The position numbers were made by a program, and so were the translations under genes. DNA of 64,000 bases. Source: Styela clava (Eukaryota). The stretch spans positions 24,056,001 through 24,120,000 of the forward strand of contig NC_135251.1 of the NCBI RefSeq assembly GCF_964204865.1, in the 5' to 3' direction. Positions 26,501-40,000 of the stretch are shown in pieces. A model generated the notes under the pieces. That model was given only the letters and a program-made list of their open reading frames with translations, was not told the DNA's origin and did not search any database. Numbering within the stretch: the first letter of the stretch is position 1; each line of letters opens with the position of its first letter.

Positions 26501-29319
26501 TCATTATTACATTATTGTTTTTGTGTTGTAATCACTTATTATCGTTTAGCGGCAATGGACTGTCCAATTAAGTTTGGCTATAGTCAATGATTCAGTCTGA
26601 TTATGTTGCACGTTATTGTGTTCAGGTAAAGATGTGTGTTTACGGAGAAATGAATAATTTCATGATTTTGTCAGGTGTGGGAATGCAGACTTGTTGTTAA
26701 CACTAAAATTTCTTTTCTTTTCAATGCGATAAACGTATGATATTGCGATTTTCGTATTTATCCCGGGGAGAGGAAACCCGATCAGGCGACCTAATCATAT
26801 GGCGGCCCGTGCTCTATTGCCAGTATAACGGTCCGTGTCGGGTATGTGTATAATTAACCAGTTACTTATTGCAGATGCAGGTTGCTTATCGTATCAGCTA
26901 TTAATAGACGAATAAAGAACGTACCAGATTCGTATTCTCGCATTCTGTAACTTTGTATGGTATCAAATCGCAAACATTTTGTGGTTGAAATGAACCATCT
27001 TGGCATACGACTTTTGTAGAGTTTGACGACAACATATATTTGCTGTTACACCAAACGTAACACTGCTTGTAAAAGTTTTTTCTGTTTGTTCCCCTGTTAC
27101 AAAATGTGAAGTCCAAATCTATGGCCCCGTCAGCAGCCAAAGAGTCCTTGTCGCAATACGTGTCATAACATGTAATGTAAAAAAATACTTTCAGTTGTGT
27201 AATATCAAGGTACTAGGTAAGGACAGCAAGTCACCAACTTTGTAGATCACGCTATGCTACGATAGAAGGTTCGTATTCAAGATTCATATTTGCCAAATCA
27301 GATATATATATTTGTGTATACAAGTATAAAGCATATTCGACCAATTTATGATGAGAAAATCGAATGTCGTTTATTACTTATCCCGATTTAGCGTTCACAA
27401 ATCAGATGACGCAAAAAATGAAAAGTTTAAAATATTATTGAGGTCAAAGATTCAATACTATTTAATAACACTGGCACACATTTAGAAATTGTGTACATTT
27501 GCTACTCATCTGTACTGTTTTCTGTGATTTTGTGTTTGTGTCTAACAAGAAGCACTTGATATATATATTCAAATGCAACGCAATGCTACAAAATTTAGAT
27601 AGTTTCTGGAAACACGATTCGTTACAGTGACCATGTTTTTAGTAAAACAGTCTAAGCTTGATAAGAAAGTGTGGGAATGTACATCATTTAACAAAAAGTA
27701 ATGATGGATTTCTTGGATTCAAGAGAACTCCCAAGGCTCAGAAGTTATCACACTTTTACAGACTGTACTGATCACACACTACAACACATTCCCATTATTC
27801 TTATTCTATCGATGCATTTGTTTTTACTTTACTTACTGCGATAAGATGCATTAAATCCTTTAAAATTCATTCTGCTTCCGCTTGAAAATTGAACAATTAC
27901 AAAATTAGATTTTGATCTGTAAGTAACACTCATATTTGGGTTCAATGTCAAGGAACCGTCAAAGTATTTTGTGGGGCTTCCCCCGTCCTCGCCATTAACT
28001 TCTTCGTAAATCTGAAAAATTGCATGCGTTACTAATCTTATCAAAATACTTGCATCACAAATCAAGCACCGTATCGCAATATTATATCAGAATTTTCATA
28101 TTGTCGGTATTGATAATAGCAATCATGCGGCAATCGATACCACTATATTCAGAAAGTCGTGAAAACGAAAAGTACATGGAACAAGTAACAAAAAATTGAA
28201 TTTTAGTAATTATAAAACATTGAGGAAAAGCGGAAAAAGTCTTTTAAATTTGTTTTTAATCCTCTGGGCACGACATAAATTACAGTGTTTTCTTCACTTA
28301 TGCGACCGCATTCGAACATTTGCTATGACTTAATTTGTTGCAAATAGCAATATTTTTCCGTTTGTTCTTTAAGTTACCGGGTCACAACTCCTCTGTAACT
28401 CTCACGGTTCTTCACTAAACGAAGCATTTTTGCCCGCCCATTGTCACTATCTGTCGCGATCATTTGCATTTGTATTTAGATTAAAAGAAAATATCGACTC
28501 ACCAAAACATAATCATCAAGATTGTTTTTGTTTCCAAGTTCAAAATCATGGAATTTTATTTCTACAACATGGTCTGGTTTTGCATTTATTATCCATTCAC
28601 AAAATGTGTTTTGAACATATTTGTTGGGATATCGAGGACTAGTGATCCAACCTGAAGTTTCCTTTAGATTTATTTCTCCACACGTACTAGGGTCAAATAC
28701 ATCATCCGATACTCCTAAAAGAAATGTACGGATTGATAGACACGCGTTCATGTATAAAGCGGGAAGGTATGTGAATGCGTGTAAATATTTTATTGAATAA
28801 GCCCAAATTCACGGTATCTATTACCAACAAGGTGCCGTCTAGTTCTAGTACTATGCTTACTTGATTTTATTGTTCTTTTTATTTCATATATAGAAATTAT
28901 TGTTACAAAAATTTGCCAGATAAAATGTGAACACTGTAAAGTATATTAGCCACAAAGATTATAGGCCACGGCACCATGGAGTGAGAAATTGAATAAGTTT
29001 CTGTAAATCCCGAAGAAAATCAAAAGTGATAGGACAATTTATTCACAAAATGCATAGACAGTTACTAATACTGACTAATTATTTGTTTCAGATACGTAGA
29101 AAAATGCCGTGAGCGACGTGAAACCACGTTGGAATACTTTTGGTTGCAATTAAACAGCATCGATTCTGCACATTTTACACAGGAATCACTTCTAAGCTTA
29201 GCAGAAAGCGTCATAGTTAGGCATCTATTTAAACATAGCTTGAAATAAATCAAGAAAACATAGATCTACTTACCCTCAGAAATCAAAGAGATCACAAGTA
29301 TCGAAAAAATTACAATCAT
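23537..29319 (-). CDS. Paralogue D: secreted CUB + sushi-like + Cys-rich cationic domain protein (about 338 aa, 7 exons)
   Basis: Exons 29319-29274, 28714-28503, 28011-27837, 27169-26925 (acceptor reads AT), 26229-26119, 24906-24747, 23604-23537. Ends CYKCRAIQCTATIYL*. Confidence 0.82.
23622..24558. repeat. 69-bp minisatellite, about 13.5 copies, in the last intron of paralogue D
   Basis: Unit acttcaagatccggtcgagttggagttaaatgaaacaaacaaaatttctgaaaatttatgtcttgccag. It explains the 23-aa repeat ORFs on both strands. Confidence 0.95.
25228..26098. mobile_element. hAT-like non-autonomous element in intron 5 of paralogue D
   Basis: TIRs cagggtggtccaaa / tttggtccaccctg. 8-bp TSD tcattaca/tcataaca. 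Confidence 0.8.
26328..26437. mobile_element. Short Merlin-like MITE
   Basis: Near-complete hairpin gaagtatgtgcaccaagatggcgcacaacctgaac. Perfect 8-bp TSD GAATTTAG. Confidence 0.85.
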
Positions 29320-31367
29320 TGTTTTTTCTACGATTGCTTGAAAACAATGGTCATCAATTAAATGATTTTTCTAGCAAATATGTGAAATTTAATTATTTAT
29401 GTAGATGTATTTTTAACCAAATTTCTCACGTTTGTCTTACAAAAAAACAAAACAAAAAAAAAACAGGAAAAGTCAAGAAATGAATGATGGAATGAGGATA
29501 TTAAATCAAAATTTTTTTTTATATAATTTTAATGATTTGCAACTAAATCCAGTGGACGCTTCTCGTTTCCGTATTGCTTGCTATTAGCTACCTAATTATT
29601 GTTCTATAGTCGTTTCTGCATATCATATAATATCTATCGTTTCTGACTAAGTATACTGTACAATGTAGCTTCAATGAGTCATAGTGAAGATAACTTCTGC
29701 TAATTTTAGATAAACTATGTAAACAGTCAGATCGTTTTTACGCCAACTTTTAAGATGTTATTACAAAACAATTGCTAGCGGCAATAGAAAATTACAGTTA
29801 TGTAAAATGGAAAAATATGTGAAGCACTTCTTCAATTTTTACTTAGCTTCGAATGACGTTCAGCTTATTTAAACAAAAGGTTGCTGTTACAGCCGCTTTA
29901 TTTCCTTAATTTTTACAAACAAGCGGTATTCAATCACAAATGCACATCAAAAATTTCTATTTTGCCAATTAAAATAACGTAATTTAACGTAAAAATAGCC
30001 GCCAATTTGCACGTAGTTTTTCTTTATTTGTAATTGCTTCATTGGTCGATGATCAAGTCGGATTATTGGTACTAGACAAACTTATTGCTGGGCTTAACAA
30101 ATCTATTGGTTTTATACAAGTTTCTTGCTTTCAGTTGGTTTACCAGCTAGTCTAGTACAGCGAGTTACAAGTAATATTCGGTGAACGATCACTTAGTCGA
30201 ATTGATCTGAACTGCATGCCGAAACCGAAAAAGGTTTATATGGAATTCTAATGCCGGTATTCATCCTCAATTACTACCATAGATACAGATTTACACAAGA
30301 GACACCATCATGGAGGAGGAAACTGTTTCAGAAGAAAGAAAGTACGACCTATACAATTGTTAGGAAATAATATACCTACTGACTTGGAACTTTTTCTGAA
30401 ACATATCAATAATGTAAATAAAACATTGTAAAAATTGTATTCAAAAAAGGGGAATGATGAAAGGGAGATGATGAGAACACTCAACAACATAATCGCGTTC
30501 ATATGGCGTATGAATCGACTTGATGTTTGGAAATAATTAAAAATGACATCAATGTACTTGGTTGTACTTCTTCAGCAAAACACGAAAATTATTTATTTTA
30601 TTGTCCCATTTGCCATTCACTTATTCATTTTATGGCTTTTTGAGTTATGTTTTCTAATAATGCATTAAATACGGATCATCAGAGGTAGTATAATCAAAAT
30701 GTTCTATGAATAATATTCTACAAATCTTTGCCTTAAAATGAGCCTTTTCCATTAGTATAATACACAATCTAATAATATGTAACGATCTTTGATATTTCAG
30801 GTGAGGATACATTCAATACACCTGACACTGATTATTTTTCTTTTCTTTTTGAGAAACTAAAACATTGCCAAAACAAGGGCATTGACTTCCCTTTCTACCG
30901 TTTCATGAACAGCTCCGCACTTGTGAGTTTGCGGGGTATACGGTTTTTGACAGGACCGCGGATGAGCCATTCCGATTCCACATACATAACCCTAAAAAGC
31001 GGTACTACTGCACGGCGTTGTATATAATTACAGAATTACATCCATTTATTATCAGGATATGTTTTACCCACCTTGCGCTTATAAAGTTGGCAGACTATTC
31101 CAATCTATATTCCTTGGCTAGCAAAGTATAAAACCTTTTTAATAAACAGCTCGTATTAAAATTGAATATATATATATAGCCAAAGGAGTATGCCCCGCTA
31201 TATTTGATGTTACTTTATTTTTACCAGAAATATGTCTTTGACTTGAATAACACTGTGCAAAATATATATCAACAAATGAATAAAAACATTTAGGTTTTAT
31301 GAATATTTCATTCCAACTAAAAATCTCTAATTACCAAGAAGACCAGATTCTTATTTTTTGTGTATAT

Positions 31368-31804
31368 TTAAACAAATCGATGTGCTGGTAGCTCATACGA
31401 TGTTCGATATGTGGACCAACACGTGCAATCATCTGAGAACTGCCATTTATTATCAGTCAAGTTATGAAGACTTTCCATGCACATACTATTTCTGTCAGAT
31501 TATCCAGCATCTGACGGAGTGTTGCTGGCTGTAGATGCGACGCCATCAATCCACATTCACGCACCTTCTTCTTTAGCAAAAGGTAGTCCGACCCACATGT
31601 TTTCACCATTTATTGTAGAAAATTCTGGAATTAATAATTATAAATCATCGGATATCTAATTCCGACAGTTGCCAGATTAGCATCCATGGATTCACATAAT
31701 TTTTTGCGTCATTTCATGTCAACTATTTTTGACTAACGATGCAGCGGTATTGTTTCCGTGCCACTTCTCATCCTGCGTATAAGCGAGAAATAGTAGTATT
31801 TCAT
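31368..31804 (-). pseudogene. C-type lectin domain pseudogene (intronless)
   Basis: Manual translation across stops and frameshifts: LT*NDAK/KLCESMDANLATVGIR...MWVGLPFAKEEGA*MWIDG...C...DDCTCWSTYR. These are CTLD hallmark motifs W..A...C...LA, WVGL and WxWxDG. Confidence 0.75.
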
Positions 31805-32966
31805 GCGTATGATTACAGGAACAATGTATGGTATAATGTATTATAACATATATATACATCATGAATTGTGCACTTTACTCAACTTTTATTTTCTAGCCAA
31901 ATGCTTTAATTAAACAAAATTTAAATAAAATAAAACCAACACGTTACGCGTCACAATGATTCATAAATGCTAACTCGTAGCATAATTTCAAATCAATCTC
32001 TGGCGATATTTCAAAGTAAAAAATGAACTACTGGAATGTGGTATGTAAGAAATATTCACACATATCCCACACAAGCTTTGTAGTATACCAATTGACCAAC
32101 TATAGAGTATAGATCACTTACTCTCTGTGGCAGTACATTTGTTCAGAAACATTCGTTATAAAATAAATGCTAACCACTAAACTTAATATTTAATAGGAAA
32201 TTATTTTAAAAATAGAATAGATCACACACGCTACCAATAATAGCAGTATGAGGCTATTCTGCTGCTTATTAAAATTCAGCTATTCGAACAGATCTTAGAA
32301 ATAAAAGTTCCGTGATTATCAGTCGGTTTCGGCCCAGGTCAAGTTCTCTGCCCACGAATATGATCAACATTATGACAACATACCATCACTCACCCATTTT
32401 CATTTTTCAGACGGACAAGCTTTTCTTTTGTCGGTAAGGTCTGAGATATCCGAGAAAAAGCCATTTGTCGCGGTTAACAAAACGATTAACATAATATTCT
32501 AATATATATACTATATCTAATACTGAGAATCATTCTCAATTAGGTTTTAAAATAGTGGACGCTTATCACGTGTTTTTTTAATCACATGATGTGATCAAAC
32601 TTGAAAATCGCATTTTGTAGTGTAGTGTTTCTGTAGTGCCGTTGCTTTAACCGAAATTAAAATCGACCGCTTCATTAGTTGGAAGAGCGAATTTTCCTTA
32701 ACAACAAAGTCAACAAGCAGAAAAACCCAACAACAATTTAATTTAGCGAATTTCCAACTTTGCTTTGTAACAGAGATGATTCTCAAATTCAGATCAAAGA
32801 AATTTTAAGGGTCGTGTAGAGATTTTTCGAGATCGCCTAACTTTCGCCGAACAGAGATGATCCTCAAATTTAGATCAATGAACTTTTAATATTGAAAAAA
32901 GTCATTGATTGGACCATTGTTCTTTCATATGCAACAAAGAGATAAATTAGCTCAATTAATCTATAT

Positions 32967-33418
32967 CAGTGGTTCCCAAACTGTGGGTCCCGACCCCGAG
33001 TAAGGTCACCAAACTTGAGCTGAACGTGCAATACTTCGCGCACAAGTCACTAGGATTTGACTGCTGGGAAATGAAATTTGTTCTGGTTGGGTAGTAATTA
33101 AACGCAATTGGGTGATACTGTTACGAGCGCTTTGCCGAGCTTTTTTTATAGCTTTGCCGAGTATGTTACATTCCGCCGTACTAATTTGGCGGCCTTTCTC
33201 CATGCAGCTCAACCGCAATGCTAGTTTTGGGTTGACTTCAATTTACATGTTAAGATGAGATTTGAAAGAGTTTTCAAAAACTCACAGACGATAAGCAGGC
33301 GCATTCATGCATTAGAATTTACTGTTTTTAAACTGCTTTACTTTTCTTGTTGTAGGGTCGCATAAATCTGCATTTTTGTACGAAAATTATGGTCGCGAAA
33401 CAAATTTGGGAACCACTG
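32967..33418. mobile_element. hAT-like MITE
   Basis: TIRs cagtggttcccaaa / tttgggaaccactg. TSD degenerate. Confidence 0.75.
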
Positions 33419-34181
33419 ATCAAGTTCATATACCGATTTACTTATGACCATAACTGGAACTTTGATAATACAATGCATGCTCGACATAGAAAATGCCTTG
33501 GAAGTAGTGTGCATAATCCGATAATTGATTTTCCGATTCGTGCAATGTGTGAGGTCGTGATCATATTTAAAGATAATAACACTATATATGTGCTCTCACT
33601 AAAATATCAATTCTACCGCGTTATTAAGCGTATTTGAGGCGTTTATTATCAATCAAATAGACTCAAATGACGCGAGTATAGCTTTCAATCATATTGTTTC
33701 AGAATACATAATTGTTTCGTCATATATTTTGGTTTCCACACAGGACATGGATGCGTCATTTCAAAAATATATGATTCGCTCAAGTCATTGGTTTATGTCA
33801 TGACAACACTCCGAAACTGGTTACTTGAATTACTTCCTTCTTTCTAGGCTGCTTTGTCCTATTGTTATCATTCGAAATTGTTCAAATGTAGACAGTGATT
33901 GAATGGACTAATTAACAACTTCGTTTCGTAATTTCTCAAGTGGCGAGCAATTTCTGCAAACTGAAGACGTATCGTGATTATAGAAAGCTTGTAATTTCAT
34001 GACTTCCTAATGTAATTTGGGCAGTCAAACAACGTAGTTGGACATAAAATATTCATAGAGATTGTGACATACGGATGCTTTATTCAAAACACAAAATTAG
34101 TGGACTCATAGGTCGATAGAAGATCGAGGCAATATATCACAGGAGGATACAGTTTTCGGACTTACGTACCTTTCGTGGAAT

Positions 34182-35201
34182 ATGATTAACGTTACGGAAA
34201 TACCAAATTCTTCAGAAACCTCTGATAGTAATAGCGAATTTGGAACCTTGTTTGCTGCTTGGGAATTATACCAAATATTTTGTGCACCGTTGGCGGCCAT
34301 TGCCCTTTATATAGCTATAACCCAAACTGCTTTTTGCTTTATAAAACTGAAAAAGAAAGACAAAGGGAGCGTTACTGACACACGATCTTCTTCGCAAGCA
34401 TACGAACAGTATGCAAGCACTCTCAACGTTATGATGGCCTTGGCTGCAATTCTTGGTCTTCTGCGATCCGGATTCGATTTTCTTTGGGTGCTGGAACGCT
34501 TCAAGGATTTTTCGTGTCAGTTTTCGTCCAAATTCAAAATAGCTGCCTATACTTTATCTTTGTTGTTAGTCTATCTAATTTTATGGCTTCGGCAAAGAAT
34601 ATTTTACCAACATCCTCAGTTGAAGCATCTCAGTTCCCGGACAATTAAAATACTTAGTTGGACAATGAGCATCATGCTTGTAATAGGAGTTTTATTTACC
34701 GGAGTACTATATCTCGTAACTTCTATTTATATTGGAACTCCTATCGGATGCCAAGTGGTGAAAAACACTTGGACGTCAATACGATATTACGTGTTAATAA
34801 TCGTAACGGTATTCTTTCAAGTGTGCTTGCTGGGCCTATATTCATACCCTCTTATACAGCACAAGCGAACATCCCAAAGCATTTCACAAAAAGAAAATTT
34901 GGTCATACCTCTTATAAGAAGAGCGGGAATTGCGGCTGGATGCTGTGTGGCAACAGACGTAGCAATAGCACTGATTTTTTTGGGACCTATTTGGAATGGA
35001 CAAGTCGTTACTTTGGCAACTTTGCTTTACGACGTTAATAACATCATCAACCTGATAGCAGCAATATTTGCATTCCCAAACTGGAGGAATAGACTTATGC
35101 CATGGAGAATCGGCAAAGACGAGAAAACTCGTTTGGCTGGAAATGAATCGTCAACTCAAAACCATGGCACCAGCGAAACAAACATTTCGTCAGCAGTATG
35201 A
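34182..35201 (+). CDS. Intronless orphan seven-transmembrane (GPCR-like) protein, 339 aa
   Basis: Seven hydrophobic segments, N-terminal N-glycosylation sequons (NVT, NSS), Cys before TM3 and in ECL2, WLRQRIFY at the end of TM3 where DRY would sit. Confidence 0.88.
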   Translation: MINVTEIPNSSETSDSNSEFGTLFAAWELYQIFCAPLAAIALYIAITQTAFCFIKLKKKDKGSVTDTRSSSQAYEQYASTLNVMMALAAILGLLRSGFDFLWVLERFKDFSCQFSSKFKIAAYTLSLLLVYLILWLRQRIFYQHPQLKHLSSRTIKILSWTMSIMLVIGVLFTGVLYLVTSIYIGTPIGCQVVKNTWTSIRYYVLIIVTVFFQVCLLGLYSYPLIQHKRTSQSISQKENLVIPLIRRAGIAAGCCVATDVAIALIFLGPIWNGQVVTLATLLYDVNNIINLIAAIFAFPNWRNRLMPWRIGKDEKTRLAGNESSTQNHGTSETNISSAV

Positions 35202-35602
35202 GAAACTTGCTTTGTAGCTTTACATAATTTGCTACCACTGGGTTCAACCATTTTGGTCAAAAAGTTTGTTCTTATTCATGTTGATAATAAATTTATTTTG
35301 TTCGTTGTCGTTACTACAATGAATTTATAATTACAAACTATAATACAACAAGCACACATTGTTATGAAACAAATATATCCATTTAATCAAGTTGAGGCGT
35401 TGTTTAGTTTTAATATATACGTTGTTGAATTGTTTGTATAAAAACCATATTTTGCCAATTTATTTTCCCGACATTTGTAACAAGTTTCCATTTTCCTTGC
35501 AGCTGAAAAATATTTTAAATATAATAACTATATATCATATGGAGTGCTCGACCAAATAAGTTCAAAATATGAGGGGATTCGCACGGGTGTGGTATCATAG
35601 TC

Positions 35603-35825
35603 CAATGGTCTCTGGCCGCTGGTCCGCAACCCATGACTGTTTGTTATTGAATCATTTTTGGTGTTTTGTAATTTTTTGTTCTGGTGCGCGCAAAAACATT
35701 GGAGTATGTTACTCAAACAAAGCTATTATTTTCTGTTTCATTAATTTCAATATTTAGTTACCGGTCCGTGAGGTCATTTTATTTGATTTACCCGATCACG
35801 AAGGTAAAAAGGTCGGGAACCACTG
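35603..35825. mobile_element. Internally deleted hAT-like element, counterpart of 45705-47548
   Basis: Ends caatggtctc / gggaaccactg followed by gtgtagtc. Same position relative to the 7TM gene as in duplication copy 2. Confidence 0.7.
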
Positions 35826-36375
35826 GTGTAGTCTAATATTCGACACTTGAAAGAGATTCTGACTTAAATGTAAGATGCGGAGGTGGCTAAATTAGTAACG
35901 CACGGATATTGCTATGCGGATCAAAAACTCATTAAATACTACTCATTGGTACTTGTTTCGTTCTTAGATATTGTAATAACAAGAAAAAAACAGATAAGTT
36001 GTGCTGGAGAAGTGCAATTCATAATGACAGCAATGTAATATTAGTAAAATGAATAACATCCAGGGCGATGATATCGGTGAAATATAATCTCATATTATGT
36101 CATCACAAACGTTTAATTAAATGAGGCCGCCAAAGGAAACCTAGCGTGCATTCACAGGATCTAAGTAATTTATTGGCCTTGTACTGGCGTTTTACGCACC
36201 AGTTACGATTTTACGTGTTTTTTTTTACATTATTTTCCCTTGGAGAGCATCTAAAAAAGCATCTAAAATAAAATCTAAAATTTACTCTATCATTAACAAA
36301 TCTGCTGCATCCCTTAATCCACAATTTAATATATATTAATATATATGAGTTACTTGTTTCTTTGGTTTCACTTAC

Positions 36376-36851
36376 CTGATTCCAAGTTATCGTCGGTCAC
36401 ATGTACAAGCATTGAAAAGTAAATTTACCGTCATCATCCATTTCACAATAGCTGTAAACTAATAATTCTTCATCAATACAGGAAGCCTTTATTTCTGTTG
36501 TTAATGCTTCTCTCCGCGGTGTCTGTGAAATAAATAAAATATATATTACACTATTATTATTTACATTAAATTCTGGAAGGACCTTCGAATGTTTGTTCCA
36601 CTATATCACAAATATTTTTAAATTTTATTGATTCAGCCTTTAATACAGTATTCTTGTTATTAATTCTTTTTGTAGTACATATATTGAATTTAAATCTAAC
36701 TACGTCATTGTTTTCAGAATGAAATGTGTTTGCTAGAAACTAGTGGATCGGGGAATTTATCTAAAAGCATCACATCTCCTCTCCTATCTGTCCGAGATGA
36801 TTTTTTTGTAAAATAGTTGGCCAGTTCGTAGGATGTATAAATACAATATTT
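36376..36851 (-). pseudogene. Partial duplicate of paralogue E (exons 5-6), inactivated
   Basis: The exon 6 copy (36522-36376) has a 7-nt frameshifting deletion (gaaaatc). The exon 5 copy starts at 36851 but its donor site is deleted. Exons 1-4 are absent. Confidence 0.85.
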
Positions 36852-37002
36852 CTGCAGGACAAAACATATTAGTAATATTTTCTCACAATTTAATAGTAAA
36901 AGTAGAATACTTTAGGAGAAGTAATTTAACCAGACACATATTATTAAGTACGAATTTATACATAAAAATGTTTTCTAATTAAACACTTGAGCCGTATTAG
37001 TC

Positions 37003-40000
37003 GTTTTATTTAGAAATATAAAATATTTTTTGATTGTGGACCAAAAAGTCATATGAACTTCTTAGAGATGCCGTCAAGACCTGGCGATTTCTCCATTTCC
37101 TTTAAAATAGTAAGAACTTCTTTTTCAGATGTCCATTTAGATATTTCCGAATCGTTTTTGGTTGTTAAAGTTGTTCCATTCATTGTGTCCAAATATTGAT
37201 TTTGGGTAGCTATATCTACGGGTGATATAGTTCCCAAAGATCCGTGTAGAAGCTCTCTACTATTTTTACAATTTTATTGGGGTCCTTTTTTGTATTTTCT
37301 TTATTATCTTTAAGTTGCAGGATCGTAGTATCAGACTGTCTTTTCTTTATCTTTTGAAAAAAAAAATAGATGGTTTTTCATATATTTCCGAGCTTTCTAT
37401 TTTGGCTTTTAACTTTATATAACCTAATTTGTTTCCCTGCTGAAGTAGAAGTTCTCGGCAAAGTTTAATGATGGTATTATTATCGATCCCTTCTTTTATT
37501 AGATCCTGTATATCCACCTCCTTTCTTTTGTTTTCCTTCGCTTTTTGAATGGAATAAGAAATGGACATCTTTCGGATGCAATTTTTTACAAGTACCACCA
37601 ATTCTGGATGAGTGGAAAATCCTCCAGAAGGTGGACCAACTCTTCAAATTTATGTTTAATTAGGTTTATATATGCTTTGTACACAAACTAATGTTATTTT
37701 TCCAGGCATTCTTGCCCCACCCAATCTTCGTGGAAGATTTGAATACTAGGACTAAGGATGTGGTCTGTAACGGTGTTTAATATATGGTGGATGTCTTTGA
37801 AACAAGCCAGCAGGTAGATATACTTTCTGTCTATCCTGCGTGACTGTGTTCCAATTTGGCAGGTGTAAGTATGCCCCGTAGGATATTTTCTACGATAGAC
37901 ATCCACCACACCTGAAGTTTGTATAGTTGAGCCACCTGAAGTTTGTATAGTTGAGTCAAGGATTTGAAGAGCTGAAATCATCAGTAAGTATTAGCAAAGG
38001 ATCGAGGATCTGAATCACACCGCACATCTTTCCCATGAAGTCTGTCTGGATGAGGCCTCTGACAGACGGTACATATGCATTGATGATGCAAAGGGTATTA
38101 TTATTAAATGAAAAATCCAGTCTGTGGAGCCTATTAGGAATTAATATATTATACAATATATCTGAACAAAGGATGTTGTTTTTGATCAAGAACCAGATTT
38201 GAAATATTTTATAGATGAATCTTTATGGAAGATGGTATTAAGATGTGCGGTGTAGCCCAGATCAGTTGCCCAAGATTGGATAGTTCCTTCCTTACGGCGA
38301 TGTATTTGCTGTAAGGAAACCATATGAGGGGTGTGTCTCTGGAGCCAGAGACACAGCTTAGGCCAATTTGTGCTAAGACCATTAACCTTAGAAGTAACGA
38401 GGCTTAGCGAATCCATTGAAACGGGGCGAGATGGGAAAATACTATAGCAGCATATATAATTACTAAACACTAAACAATTAACTGAGGAAGAATACTCAGT
38501 TGATATTATATTATTTTTAGGAGTTATGAAATTAGCTGGCAAAATATATTGCCAAAAAAAGTTGTCCACCAAAACCACTACAGACGGGGAAGTGGTGAGA
38601 CACAGGAAATTGGAAGTATTTATAGAAAATATAAATATTTAAATATAGGAGCCTCGGAAAAAACCCGAAATTTAGTTGGCGGAAGAAAGGAGGACGCGTT
38701 TAATGACGAGCTCTCCCGCCCCCTCTCATCGTCCAGTAAGATGGGATTTCCTCCAATTTGTGAAAAATTCTAGTCTGGACCCGATTCCTTGGCTTTCTTA
38801 TGACTGCGAAATTTATTGCGAAACGACGCGAGATTTTCATCCGAACCCTCTGAGAGGATGGCTATGTTATGATAGTCTTCTCCCAGAGAGCTATCCAACT
38901 CGATGATTTTTGCTTCATTCTTTCCGAAGTTTTCCGGGTCACTTTCTACATTATTATTTTTTTTTGTCCCCAGCTGCTTCCATTTTATTATTCGGGAATC
39001 TCGATTCCAAGGGTTAGGATATCTCCCGAATTTCAGCCGGAATAGGGTGTATGTCCACCCTGACCAGACTGAGAAATTTAGATTGGTCGACAGTAAATTT
39101 TTCCTCGCTGTTAATATTATTATTTTTCTTTTCCAGCAGTCCTTGCGACGATACAGCCACCGATGTTACTTCGGTGAAACCGTATCGCGATGACGTCTTT
39201 GGAGACATTTCGGCGGAAGATCTGACTGTAGAATCCTCAGCAGGTGTTATCCACGGGAAATCAGTACAATCTCGCTGTACATGGCCGGATTTTTTACAAA
39301 AGCGGCAGGACGGTGGTAAGATGCACTCTCTGGCCAGTGGTCGATGAATTATTGGTACAAGGTAAATTAGCGCTGCCTGCACCTAACAAGTCTATTGGTT
39401 TTTACAAGTTTCAGTTAATTTACCAGAAAGTATATGAAATATGATGCTTGGTAAACGATCACTTAGTCGAAGAGGCGCAGTTCTTACCACTTCATGGCAG
39501 CCCCTTCCACGAACGAACCGCAGCGTCTCTTGCCATGGTCTCATGGCGGTATTACCGGTATATTCTCAAAGTCATGTACCAGATTTCAGTTTATCATGCT
39601 GAATTGTATCTACTTAAACCTGAAACCTAACTCCAAATCCATCGAAACTGTATCCATAAAGAAAATTTTCTAACTCACCCAAAGTATATCACCATCGGGG
39701 GAAGTCCTGCCATTACAGCCTACATGCCTTGGTTTGTGGCAGCTCAATTTTACCCGCCATGGTTTTCAATTTGCTGCCGTGGTACACGCTTCACGCCATT
39801 GGTTTGTTGCAGCTAAAAACTCAGTCGCTAATCGCTATGGTTTGAAAATAGCTGCCATGGTTTAGAAATCCCGACATGGTTTAGCAGCAGCTTCATACGC
39901 CACAAAGTAATTAAAACTGCACTTGTAGTCGGATTGGTCTGAACTGGATGCCGAATCCGAAAAGGGTTTGAATGGAATTCTAATGCTAATATTTAAGCTC

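Larger units (their letters stand above)
30040..37002. repeat. Segmental duplication, copy 1 (copy 2 at about 39340-49201)
   Basis: Colinear homology through the LINE 5' fragment, lectin pseudogene, 7TM gene, hAT element and gene E exons 6 and 5. Homology ends at ...cgtattagtcg (37002 and 49201). Confidence 0.85.

Noticed and set aside
34658-35038. Alternative-frame and antisense ORFs over the 7TM genes (also 44765-45091, 44222-44611)
   Set aside because: Shadow frames of the real coding sequence.
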